Of a stretch of 64,000 nucleotides of DNA, positions 38,355 to 48,125 are shown piece after piece. The stretch's first letter is position 1. The number at the start of each line of letters is the position of its first letter. The notes below the pieces were generated by a model. That model worked only from the letters and a program-made list of their open reading frames with translations, was not told the origin of the DNA and searched no databases. A program made the translations under genes and the position numbers. This DNA comes from Polyangiales bacterium (GTDB taxonomy: Bacteria; Myxococcota_A; Polyangia; Polyangiales; Polyangiaceae), in assembly GCA_038231275.1 (NCBI GenBank), contig JBBRLQ010000009.1, positions 1-64,000 of the forward strand, given 5' to 3'.

Positions 38355-39272
38355 ATGACGGACGAAGGCGCGAAGCCCCCGAGCGATCCCGAGACCGAGC
38401 CCAAGGACCCGAAGGCCGACCCCGCGGCACCTGCCGCGCCGGTCGTACCGGCCGCACCAGAGCGCGAGCGAACGGTGCTCGGCCTTGGAGACTCTCCGCC
38501 GGAGCCGGAGCCGGCCCCCAAGCCTGCCGCCGCGCCGGCGCCCGCGCCCGCGCGCGAGCCGACGGTGACCGGCGTGGGGCCGCGCGAAAAGACCGTCATC
38601 GGCATCGGCGAAGACCCGCCTTCGGCCGTCGGGCTGGTCGTCGCGCCGGAGCCATCGAAGCCGGAGGTCGCGAAGAAGAAGGCCGAGTCGGCGAAGCCCG
38701 CGGCCGAGGCGCGCGTGGTCCCCGAGCCGGCGCGCGAGAAGAAGAAGACCCCCGAGCGACCCGCACGCAAACGCGTCGCGGTGGACACGAGCGACTCGGT
38801 GCACATCCCCACCAGCGGAAGCGGCGGCAGGCTGCTTGCCATCGTCGCGCTCCTCGCGGTCGCGGGCGTCGCGTACGTCGAACGCGCGCGCATCTTCGGC
38901 GAGACGCCGGCGCCCGTGGTGCCTCCCGTCGTCCGCGACGTCGCCCCATCGAGCACGATCCCACCGCCGCCGCCGCCGAGCGCGATGGCGGCCGGTGCGG
39001 TCGACGCGACGACGCAGGACGCGATGGCGCTCGACGCCCAGAGCGACGCCCCCGCGTCCGACGCCGGGCGCGACGCTGGAATTACCGATGGGGGCCGCGC
39101 CGATGGCGGTCGCGACGCCGGCAAACCGGACGCCGGCAAGCCCGACGCCGGAAAGCCCGACGCGGGAAAGGCCGCGCCTGCACCGACCGCGCGCACCGGC
39201 GGCGCCCCGACCAAGCCTCCGCCGCCCAAGCCGGCGCCGAAGCCCAAGCCCGAGAGCGACAACCCGTATTGA
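38355..39272 (+). CDS. Pro/Ala-rich single-TM protein
   Basis: Low complexity, one TM, KPDAG x3, ends DNPY. Confidence 0.75.
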   Translation: MTDEGAKPPSDPETEPKDPKADPAAPAAPVVPAAPERERTVLGLGDSPPEPEPAPKPAAAPAPAPAREPTVTGVGPREKTVIGIGEDPPSAVGLVVAPEPSKPEVAKKKAESAKPAAEARVVPEPAREKKKTPERPARKRVAVDTSDSVHIPTSGSGGRLLAIVALLAVAGVAYVERARIFGETPAPVVPPVVRDVAPSSTIPPPPPPSAMAAGAVDATTQDAMALDAQSDAPASDAGRDAGITDGGRADGGRDAGKPDAGKPDAGKPDAGKAAPAPTARTGGAPTKPPPPKPAPKPKPESDNPY

Positions 39273-39295
39273 GCCGAAGTCTCCGCGGCGGCCGT

Positions 39296-39379
39296 TAGAG
39301 CAAGCGTCGTTACTACGTAACGCTTGCTCTAGCCTTCAGGTGGGTCGCTCCGGTCGTTTGCCCGCCACGGTCAAACGAC
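39296..39379. repeat. Two inverted repeats between convergent genes
   Basis: TAGAGCAAGCGT(39296-39307)/ACGCTTGCTCTA(39320-39331) perfect 12 bp; GTCGTTTG(39353-39360)/CAAACGAC(39372-39379). Confidence 0.8.
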
Positions 39380-39394
39380 ATCCGCTCTACTTCG

Positions 39395-40932
39395 CTACTT
39401 TTTGTGCGGCTTGCGCGGCCGCTTGCGCACCGGTTTGCCCGGCTTCTTGGGCGGCTTCGGGTGCGGCGCGACCTTCGGTGCGCCCGCGTCGGTGGCCACG
39501 CGGTGACCGGCGTCGACGATCTCTTCCTCGCCCGCGTCTTCGTCGTCTTCGTCGTCTCCGCCGTCGTCGTCTCCGCCGTCGTCGAAGTCCATGGCCGCCA
39601 AAGGGGACGCATCCTCCATGGCCGTCGCGTCGATTGAGCCGCCCTCGTCGGCCGCGTCCGCGACGGGCGGTCGCTCGTCACTCTGCGCGAGCGTCGTCGA
39701 CGCGACGGACGCGGGCCCCTTCGTCTCATAGAACGTCTCGTACAGCTCGCGCGCGAAGATGGCCCCGTAGAGGAGGCAGGTCACCAGCGGAATGCTCGAA
39801 CGCCGCGCCCGCCGCAGAGGCACGGACTCCGATGCCGACGCCGACGCCGACGCCGACTCCGACTCCGACTCCGCCGCCGACCCCGCCGGCTCCGACGCCG
39901 GTTCCGGGGGCTTCGTCCGCGGGGGCGGCGGAGGCGGCGGCACGACCGGCTCGAGATCCCCCTCGGACAAGTGCTGCGTCGGCTCCACCGGGGGCGCGGC
40001 GGGGAGCGGCACCGAGATCGGCGCGAACGCGGGCACCGTCGCCGCCTCGCCGGCGTACTCGACGAGCACCTTCTCCACGTCGGCGCGCATCGCCGCCGCG
40101 TCCGGATAGCGATCCTCTCGCCGGAACGCGAGCGCGCGATCGATCACGCGCGCGAAGCGCTCCGACACGCTCGGCGCGACGTCGCGGATCGGCGGCGCGG
40201 GGAGCTTGGCCATCTTCGTGACGACCTCGACCGGGTTGTCGCCCTCGTGGATGCGCTTGCCGGTGAGGAGGCGGAAGCCGGTCGCGCCGACCGCGAACAA
40301 GTCGGTGCGCCCGTCGATCTCCTCGGTGCGCCCCGCGGCCTGCTCGGGAGACATGTACGATGGGGTCCCGAGCGCGAGGCCCGCGCCGGTCACGCGCTCG
40401 CCCTCCATGAGTCGCGCGAGGCCGAAATCGAGCACTTTCACGCGGAGCGCGCCGTCCTCGTCACGCGCGAGGAAGAGGTTCTCGGGCTTCAGATCGCGGT
40501 GGACCACGCCGTGCGCGTGCGCGGCCTCGAGCACCTCGAGCACGGCGCGCGCGATTGTCAGAAATTCGCGCTCCGTCAACGGAGGCGCACGCTCCGCGCG
40601 ATCCTGGAGCGACTCGCCGTCGAGCAGCTCCATCACGAGGTAGGCGGTGCCGTCGTCGGGGCCGCCGCTCACGATGTCGTCGTCGAGGACCTTCACCGCG
40701 CCGCGATGCTCGACGCGGTTTGCGGCGTACCCCTCGCGAAGGAAGCGTTCGCGCACCTGCGAGATCCGCGCGAGGTTCGAATGGAGCAGCTTCACCGCCG
40801 CGCGGGCGCCGTTGCGATGACGCCCGGCGTACACCGCCGCCATGCCGCCCACGCCGATGAGGCGCTCGAGCGTCCACTTGTCGTTCAGGACGTCGCCGAC
40901 GCGCGCCTGGGCCCGGACCTCCGCGTCGTCGC

Positions 40933-40936
<4 letters not shown>
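39395..40936 (-). CDS. Ser/Thr protein kinase, membrane-associated
   Basis: GVGGMA, AAVK, HRDLKPEN, DFG, GTPSYMSPE; hydrophobic segment, acidic then basic tail; TTG start overlapping upstream stop assumed. Confidence 0.92.
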
Positions 40937-41463
<527 letters not shown>

Positions 41464-41507
41464 GGCCGACCCAATCTACCCGATCCTGCGCTGCCGCCGA
41501 AACGGCC

Positions 41508-43124
41508 TTATTTCCCGGGCAGCGTGAGCTCGACGGTCGCGGTGCCCTTGGCCTCGACCTTCAGCTTCTGCGTCACGCGACCGAAGATCTCGTGCCACGC
41601 GCCGATCTCGATCTCCCCGCCCGCCGGGACGTTCTCGAGCACGACCTCGCCCTTGTCGTTCGATACCGCGAAGTACGGGTGCGCGACGACGCCGACGAAG
41701 CCGCTCATCCACGGGTGAATGTCGCACTTCGCGGTGATCATGATCTCGGGCCGGCCGAACGTCTTGGTGAGCCGCGTGTCCTTCGTCGCCATCGCCTCGT
41801 TGAACGTCGCGTTGTCCTTCGCGATGGTGCGGACGTTGTGGAACACCGGATCGCTGTTCAAGAAGGTCACCCGCTGCCCGACCTGCGCGCCGACAACGTG
41901 CGGGCCGTACATGCACGCGCGCTGATCCACGGTCACCTCGTCGTTGGGCGGGCCGTCGCGCCACTCGCCGATGCCCTTGTCGATCCAGACGAACGCGTTC
42001 TGCACGAGCCCCGCCTTGACGAGCGCGGTGTTCGAGAGGAACGGCCCCTTTACGTCGGGCGCGCAGTTGCTCGGGATCGCCAGCTCCACCGGCGGCGGCA
42101 CCGCGCCTCCGAAGTGGACGATCGCGCGCACGGTCCCCACGCCGCCCGGCGATTTCGGCGCGAAGCTCGGGCCGCCCTTGCTCGGCGCGAACACGAGCGG
42201 CAGCGGCTTCCCTCCGCCGTCGCCGGACGACGCCGTCGACGTCAGGCCGGAGTTGGCGACGACGAGGACCGTGCCCAGGATCGCGAAGACGATCCCCGGC
42301 GAGCGATCGCCTGTGTTCTCGAAGTGCCGCGCCGCCGCGCCGACGATCATGAGGCCGCCGAGCACCGCCCACGCCCACGTGCTCCCGTACGTGGTCGGGA
42401 AGTGGTTCGAGAGCATGATGAACACGACGGGGTACGTCATGTAGTTGTTGTGACGGGAGCGCTGCTTGGCGCGCTTGCCGAGCGTCGCGTCGGGGGCGCG
42501 CCCCTCCTTCACCGCGGCGACGAGGCCGCGCTGCGCCGGGATGATGCGCATCGCGACGTTGCCCACCATCCACGTGCCCATCATCGCGCCGGTGTGGATG
42601 TACGCCGCGCGCCCGCTGAAGAAGCGCCCGAAGAACCACGCCGACCCGACCACGAACGCGAACGTGACGATGGCGCCGAAGAGCGTGCTCTTCGCGAGCG
42701 GCGAGAGCCAGAACAGATCGTAGAGGACCCACGACACCGCGATGGTGCCGAGCCCGATCGCCATGCCCACGGGCGCGGAGATGCTCGAGACGCTCGCGTC
42801 GAGGAGGAGCACGCCGCCGCCCGTGTAGTAGACGACGCCGAGGAGCACGACGCCCGTGATCCACGTGAAGTACGCCTCCCACTTGAACCAGTGGAGCGTC
42901 TTGGGCATCTCGCTCGGCGCGACGAGCTTCTTCTCGACCTGGTAGAAGCCGCCCGAGTGGACCATCCACAGCTCGCCTTCGACGCCCTTCTTCGGCGTCG
43001 CGGGTTTCTCGAGGTGGCTGTCGAGCCAGTTGAAGAAGATCGACGTTCCGATCCACATGATCCCCGCGAGGATGTGCATCCAGCGGACGATGAGGTGGAG
43101 CCATTCGCTGACGAGGGCGCCCAT
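41508..43124 (-). CDS. puuD: PuuD-type membrane urate oxidase domain fused to cupredoxin-like/carboxypeptidase-regulatory-like domain
   Basis: N-term RWMHILAGIMWIGTS, LWMVHSGGFY, LHWFKWEAYFTWITG, SGRAAYIHTGA, IIPAQR, KQRSRHNNYMTYPV, MLSNHFP; C-term DQxxC, HNV, CDIHPWM, HPYFA, WHE; no CxxCH. Confidence 0.88.
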   Translation of the reverse strand: MGALVSEWLHLIVRWMHILAGIMWIGTSIFFNWLDSHLEKPATPKKGVEGELWMVHSGGFYQVEKKLVAPSEMPKTLHWFKWEAYFTWITGVVLLGVVYYTGGGVLLLDASVSSISAPVGMAIGLGTIAVSWVLYDLFWLSPLAKSTLFGAIVTFAFVVGSAWFFGRFFSGRAAYIHTGAMMGTWMVGNVAMRIIPAQRGLVAAVKEGRAPDATLGKRAKQRSRHNNYMTYPVVFIMLSNHFPTTYGSTWAWAVLGGLMIVGAAARHFENTGDRSPGIVFAILGTVLVVANSGLTSTASSGDGGGKPLPLVFAPSKGGPSFAPKSPGGVGTVRAIVHFGGAVPPPVELAIPSNCAPDVKGPFLSNTALVKAGLVQNAFVWIDKGIGEWRDGPPNDEVTVDQRACMYGPHVVGAQVGQRVTFLNSDPVFHNVRTIAKDNATFNEAMATKDTRLTKTFGRPEIMITAKCDIHPWMSGFVGVVAHPYFAVSNDKGEVVLENVPAGGEIEIGAWHEIFGRVTQKLKVEAKGTATVELTLPGK

Positions 43125-43215
43125 GTTCAGGCGGTAAAGTACTCGTTTTTCGGGGGTTTTAGCCACATTTCGCGCGGACCAAACCGCGGGCGCGACGTGC
43201 TGCTACACTGACACT

Positions 43216-43875
43216 GTGATCCGCGTCGTAGAGGTCGTCGTCGCCGTCGTGGTCACGTGTCTCGGCGCCTGCGCGTCGCACGACACCAAGCCGACCGCGC
43301 AAGGCGACAACGTCACGCCGCCCCCGTCGCCGCAGCTCCCTCAGACCGGCGACTACCCGCCAGGACCGTTCGGGTGGACCGTCGGCGACGTCTTCCCGCG
43401 CGTGCAAATGATGGGGTACGTCGGCGGGCAGAAGCCGTGGACGACCATCGACACGAAGGACTACTTCGATCCGCACGGCACGCGCGGCATCTACGGCGTC
43501 TACATCACGGTCAGCGCGCCGTGGTGCTCGGGCTGCAAGATCGAAGGGCAGGAGCTCCCCGCGCTCTGGACCGCGCAGTACAAGGCACGTGGCGCACGCA
43601 TCATCACGGCGCTCCTCCAGAACGACGCGTACGAACCGGCGTCGCAGAACACCGTCGACGCGTGGGTCGCGACCTACGCGACGCCGTACGACATCTCGGT
43701 CGGCGCCCTCTCGTCGATGCTCCCCCCCAAGACGCCCGGCAACGGCGTCGCGCTCCCCTACAACTACGCGGTCGATCCGCGGACGATGCGCATCGTCGGG
43801 ATCGACTCGGGCGACTACTTCCACGGCGACACGCTGCCGGCGCTCAACGTCGCGCTCGCCACCAACGGGAAATAG
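43216..43875 (+). CDS. Thioredoxin-like (TlpA/redoxin-like) lipoprotein
   Basis: LGAC lipobox; SAPWCSGC; LPYNYAVDP cis-Pro loop region. Confidence 0.8.
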   Translation: MIRVVEVVVAVVVTCLGACASHDTKPTAQGDNVTPPPSPQLPQTGDYPPGPFGWTVGDVFPRVQMMGYVGGQKPWTTIDTKDYFDPHGTRGIYGVYITVSAPWCSGCKIEGQELPALWTAQYKARGARIITALLQNDAYEPASQNTVDAWVATYATPYDISVGALSSMLPPKTPGNGVALPYNYAVDPRTMRIVGIDSGDYFHGDTLPALNVALATNGK

Positions 43876-43917
43876 CGAGAGCGAGCCGCGATCGTCAGGC
43901 GGTCGGGCGGTCACCGG

Positions 43918-45366
43918 TCAGCCGGGCGTGCCCTTGCGGCGGCTCTCCATGATCTTGGCGAACGATCGGCCGCGGATCTCGTCGAGCGTGAGGCCGGTGG
44001 CGAGCGCCTCTTCTTCCGTGATCGCGCCGCTGTTGATGCCGCGGAGGAAGAAGTTGAGGAGTCCTTGGCCGGTCGCAGCGTCGTCGAAGACGTCGCCGAC
44101 GAGCGTGGCCTGGGCCGCCTTCTGCACGAAATTCTTGAGGCGCTCGCTCGCCGCCGGCAGCCCCTCGAGGAAGAACGCGATGACCGTGGCGTAGCGCGTG
44201 GGGAGCTGCGCGGGGTGCAGATCCCAGCCCTGGTAGTAGCCCTGCTTGAGCGAATGCAGAACTTGCTCGGAGTGCAGGCGCCACGCCGAGTGAACGGCCG
44301 CGCGGTTCTCGACGATCTGTTGCGCGGTGAGCGCAGCGCCGTCCTTCGCGCGGTGCGGCGCGATGGGCATGATGTTCGTCGCGCCGTCGGAGAGCCACAC
44401 GCCGGTCGCGGCGAGCGTGACCTGCATGACGTGCTTCGCGAAATCGCAGGCCGGGTGCGTCATCCCTTGGTAGGCGGCGGTGATGCTGCAGCTCGCGGTG
44501 TAGTCGTACGTCCCGAAGTGCGCGGCGACGAGGCGGCCGCGGCTGGCGTCGAGCAGGTGAGAGGCAGTCGCCTCGCCGTCCGCGTCGAAGACCGACTGCG
44601 TCGTCTCGATCATGATCTCGAACTTGAGCGAGCCTTGCGGCAGCTTGAGCTGGCGCTCGAAGATGTCGAAGAGATCGGCGAGCGCGGTGACCTGCTCCGG
44701 GATGGTGACCTTGGGGAGCGTCACGACGAAGTTCTGCGGGAGGCCCTTGCCGGTGGCGATCAGCGTGGACAAGAACACGTCGACCGTGCGGAAGCTCCGC
44801 GCGCGCAGCTCCTCGGTGAACGGCTTGATGCGGATGCCGATGAACGGCGGCAGCGAATTTTGCGCGATGCCCTTCGCCACCTCTTCGGCGGCGGCGACGG
44901 CGTGACCGTCCTCTTCTGCGTCGGGGCGGTTGCCATAGCCGTCCTCGAAGTCGATGCGAAAATCCTCGACCGGCTCGTTGGCGAGCTTGGCGGTGACGCG
45001 CGAGTAGACCGCGTGAGCGAGCCACGCCGGTGCGTTGCCTGCGCGCGCGCCCGCCGGATCGTCCGTGACCTTGCGCACGAGCGCGCCGATCTCGGCAGGC
45101 GCGTCGGGCAAGCGGTCCCACCCGGGGAGATGAACGGCGCGCGCGAAGGTGACGAAGTCGGGTGCGAACTGCTCGAGCGAGCCAAGCGCCACCTTGCCGA
45201 GCTTCGCCGCCGCGTCCGACTTGAAGAGGTGCGCGCCGCCGTACACCGTGTGGACCGGCTGCCGGCGGCTGCTCTCGCCCGGGTAGCGCCGCGCGAACAT
45301 GACGTTCGCGTCCTTGAGGCGAGCGGTGAGGGCGTTGGTCGTCTCGGGGGTCAGCGTCGTCTTCAT
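43918..45366 (-). CDS. HpcH/HpaI aldolase-citrate lyase superfamily protein (DUF6986-like)
   Basis: RQPVHTVYGGA, DFRIDFEDGYG, TLPKV, EIMIET, HFGTYDY, LSDGATN, QGWDLHPAQ. Confidence 0.85.
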   Translation of the reverse strand: MKTTLTPETTNALTARLKDANVMFARRYPGESSRRQPVHTVYGGAHLFKSDAAAKLGKVALGSLEQFAPDFVTFARAVHLPGWDRLPDAPAEIGALVRKVTDDPAGARAGNAPAWLAHAVYSRVTAKLANEPVEDFRIDFEDGYGNRPDAEEDGHAVAAAEEVAKGIAQNSLPPFIGIRIKPFTEELRARSFRTVDVFLSTLIATGKGLPQNFVVTLPKVTIPEQVTALADLFDIFERQLKLPQGSLKFEIMIETTQSVFDADGEATASHLLDASRGRLVAAHFGTYDYTASCSITAAYQGMTHPACDFAKHVMQVTLAATGVWLSDGATNIMPIAPHRAKDGAALTAQQIVENRAAVHSAWRLHSEQVLHSLKQGYYQGWDLHPAQLPTRYATVIAFFLEGLPAASERLKNFVQKAAQATLVGDVFDDAATGQGLLNFFLRGINSGAITEEEALATGLTLDEIRGRSFAKIMESRRKGTPG

Positions 45367-45432
45367 GTCTTGTTCCGCGTCGCACGTTAGCAGATGCAGC
45401 GGGCGCCGTGGCGCGTGTACCCTCCCCGGTCG

Positions 45433-45912
45433 ATGCCTCAGCCCCTCGTACGCTTCGGCCGATGGACGGTCCGCGCCGAGCCGGAGAAGACCCGCGCCGC
45501 GTACACCGGCCTGGTCGCGGCGTCGGAGCGCTGCGGGTGCAACATCTGCCGCAACTACCAGGCCGCGCGCGATCAGGTCTTCGGCGACGCGCCGCGCGCG
45601 CTCCTCGCCCAGCTCGGCATCGACGCCACGCGCGAGATCGAGGTCCTCCACACGCACCGAATCGCGCGCGGCCGCCACGCGTACCAGGGGTGGTTCCACC
45701 TGTTCGGCGGCCTCGAAGGGGGCAAGGACGCCTACGTCCCGCGCGGACCAGAGGCGTTCGCCGTCGAGCTCGAGGCGTGCGGCGAGTCGCTCTCGTTCGG
45801 CTTCACGACGCGCCTCGCGCTCGTGTCGAACGCGTGGGTCAACGCGCAGGTCATCCAGCTCGAGTTCGCGGCGATCGTCCCGTGGGTGCTCGAGATCGAC
45901 GAGCCCTCGTGA
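45433..45912 (+). CDS. Hypothetical protein with CxCxxC motif
   Basis: CGCNICRNY, YQGWFH; stop overlaps MTase GTG. Confidence 0.72.
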   Translation: MPQPLVRFGRWTVRAEPEKTRAAYTGLVAASERCGCNICRNYQAARDQVFGDAPRALLAQLGIDATREIEVLHTHRIARGRHAYQGWFHLFGGLEGGKDAYVPRGPEAFAVELEACGESLSFGFTTRLALVSNAWVNAQVIQLEFAAIVPWVLEIDEPS

Positions 45913-46790
45913 CGCGGCGCGAGATCGTCCACGCCGACAACCTCGCCGTGCTCGAACGTCTGCCCGACGCCTCGTTCGATCTCGTCTACGTCGACCCGCC
46001 GTTCAACACCGGCAAGCGCCAGCGCCGCACGACCATGACGACGGTGCGCAGCGAAGACGGCGATCGCACGGGATTCGGCGGCCGTCGCTACGCCACGACG
46101 CGCACTGGCGACTCGAGCTTCGCCGACGCGTTCGACGACTACCTAGGCTTCCTCGAGCCGCGCATGCTCCACGCGCACCGCGTGCTGAAGCCCACCGGCG
46201 CGCTGTATCTGCACCTCGACTACCGCGAGGTCCACTACTGCAAGGTCATGCTCGACGGCATCTTCGGGCGCGTGAACTTCCAGAACGAGATCATCTGGGC
46301 GTACGACTACGGCGCGCGCGCGACCAAGCGGTGGCCCGCCAAGCACGACAACATATTGTATTATGCAAAGAACGCCGCGAAGGTGTACTTCGATACGAGC
46401 GCCGTCGATCGCATCCCGTACATGGCGCCGGGGCTCGTCGGGCCCGAGAAAGCGGCGCGCGGAAAGCTCCCGACCGATACGTGGTGGCACACGATCGTCA
46501 GCCCCACCGGCAAGGAGAAGCTCGGCTATTCGACGCAGAAGCCGCTCGGCGTCGTAAGGCGCATCGTGACCGCGTCGTGCCCGAAAGGGGGGATCGTGCT
46601 CGATTTCTTCGCGGGGAGCGGGACGGCGGGCGCCGCGGCGATGGAGCGCGGGTGCGGGTTCTTGCTCGTCGACGAGAGCGCCGAGGCGATCGCCGTCATG
46701 AAGCGGCGCTTCGCGGGGCAGGGGGTGAGCTTCGTCGACGGGCCGACCGCGAAGGGGACGGAAGGGACGACGCGCGGGCGCGTACAATAG
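45909..46790 (+). CDS. Amino-DNA methyltransferase (N6A/N4C), beta-class motif order
   Basis: DPPFN (motif IV) precedes TQKP and DFFAGSGT (motif I). Confidence 0.92.
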   Translation: MTRREIVHADNLAVLERLPDASFDLVYVDPPFNTGKRQRRTTMTTVRSEDGDRTGFGGRRYATTRTGDSSFADAFDDYLGFLEPRMLHAHRVLKPTGALYLHLDYREVHYCKVMLDGIFGRVNFQNEIIWAYDYGARATKRWPAKHDNILYYAKNAAKVYFDTSAVDRIPYMAPGLVGPEKAARGKLPTDTWWHTIVSPTGKEKLGYSTQKPLGVVRRIVTASCPKGGIVLDFFAGSGTAGAAAMERGCGFLLVDESAEAIAVMKRRFAGQGVSFVDGPTAKGTEGTTRGRVQ

Positions 46791-46797
46791 GGAGGAG

Positions 46798-48090
46798 ATG
46801 AATGCTCGGCAGGTGCTGCTCGCGTGCGCCCTCGCGCTGGCGAGCGGGTGCGCGTCGCGTCCTCCTTCGACGGCGGCCAAGAGAGGGCCAGGTCAGCCCG
46901 CCGACGCTCCGCAAATCGAGGCGCTCGGGATCGCGTGCGACGCCGGTGACGCGATCTCGTGCGGCCGTCTCGGCAACGCGTACCTCCGCGCCGAGTCGGT
47001 CGCGCACGACCTCGCGCGCGCCGAGAAGCTCCACCAGAAGGCGTGCGGCCTTGGTCTGGCCGCGAGCTGCACGAACTGGGGCGCGCTCGTCGCGACGCGC
47101 TCGCCCGCGCAAGCCTTCGCCATCTACGAAAAATCCTGCGCCGCCGGAGACAACACCGGCTGTTACGACGAAGGGCGCGCGCTCCTGACCGGCGAGGGCG
47201 TCGCGAAGGACCTCGTGCGTGCCGCGCGCCTGCTGCTCGGCGCGTGCGAGCGCGGGCATCCGTCGGGGTGCAGCCTGACCGGGCGCGCGTACATGCTCGG
47301 CGAAGGCTTCCCGAAGGACGAGGCGAAGGCGGCCACCTACCTCACGCGCGCCTGTGAAGGCGATCAGTCGAAGCTCTCGCAAGCGAACGGCGCGCCGCTC
47401 CCGGCGATGGCCGAGTCGTGCTCCGCCGCGGCGAAGCTCCTCGAGCCGCTCGCCAAGACCGACGCCGAGAAGCGCCGCGTCGCGACGATGCTCGAGAAGG
47501 CGTGCGACTGGGGCTACAACCGCGCGTGCAACGACGCGGGCACGGCCTACGTGGAGCTCGGCGGCGAGGCAGACAAGTCGCACGGCATGCCGATGATCGC
47601 GCGCGGCTGTGACATGGGCGATCCAACGGCGTGCGCGAACATGGGGACGTTCCGCCTCGAGAGCGATCCGTTCGGCGCCGCGCCGTTCCTCGAGAAGGCG
47701 TGCGCGGGCAAGAACGCTCAGTCGTGCTCGAACCTGGGGTTCCTCTACTCGAAGGGCTCCGGCGTGATGCTCGACATGCCGAAGGCGGTGCGCCTCTTCG
47801 AGCGCGCGTGCGAGCTCGACAACATGCTCGGCTGCCTCTTCGTCGGCGGCGCGTACTACGAAGGGCGCGGCGTGAAGGAGGATCGCACGCGCGCGCGCGG
47901 CTTCCTCGAGAAGGCGTGCGACGGCAAGGTCGGCAAGGCGTGCGCGGCGCTGGCGCGGATGTACGAGTACGCGCTCGGCGTCGACGAGGACATGACGCGC
48001 GCCCGCAGCTACCACCGCCGCGCCTGCGACGCCGGCGAGGCCGAGCAGTGCGATCGCGCCGCGCCCGCCCCGCGTCCGAAGGCGAAGTAG
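46798..48090 (+). CDS. Sel1-like repeat Cys-rich lipoprotein
   Basis: LASGC lipobox; repeated KAC-x6-C-xxLG units; GGAGGAG SD. Confidence 0.9.
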   Translation: MNARQVLLACALALASGCASRPPSTAAKRGPGQPADAPQIEALGIACDAGDAISCGRLGNAYLRAESVAHDLARAEKLHQKACGLGLAASCTNWGALVATRSPAQAFAIYEKSCAAGDNTGCYDEGRALLTGEGVAKDLVRAARLLLGACERGHPSGCSLTGRAYMLGEGFPKDEAKAATYLTRACEGDQSKLSQANGAPLPAMAESCSAAAKLLEPLAKTDAEKRRVATMLEKACDWGYNRACNDAGTAYVELGGEADKSHGMPMIARGCDMGDPTACANMGTFRLESDPFGAAPFLEKACAGKNAQSCSNLGFLYSKGSGVMLDMPKAVRLFERACELDNMLGCLFVGGAYYEGRGVKEDRTRARGFLEKACDGKVGKACAALARMYEYALGVDEDMTRARSYHRRACDAGEAEQCDRAAPAPRPKAK

Positions 48091-48125
48091 CTCGTGCCGC
48101 CTTCTGAGCGCTATCGTCGTGGAGC

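Noticed and set aside
45909-46790. Complete restriction-modification system
   Set aside because: No recognisable endonuclease adjacent.
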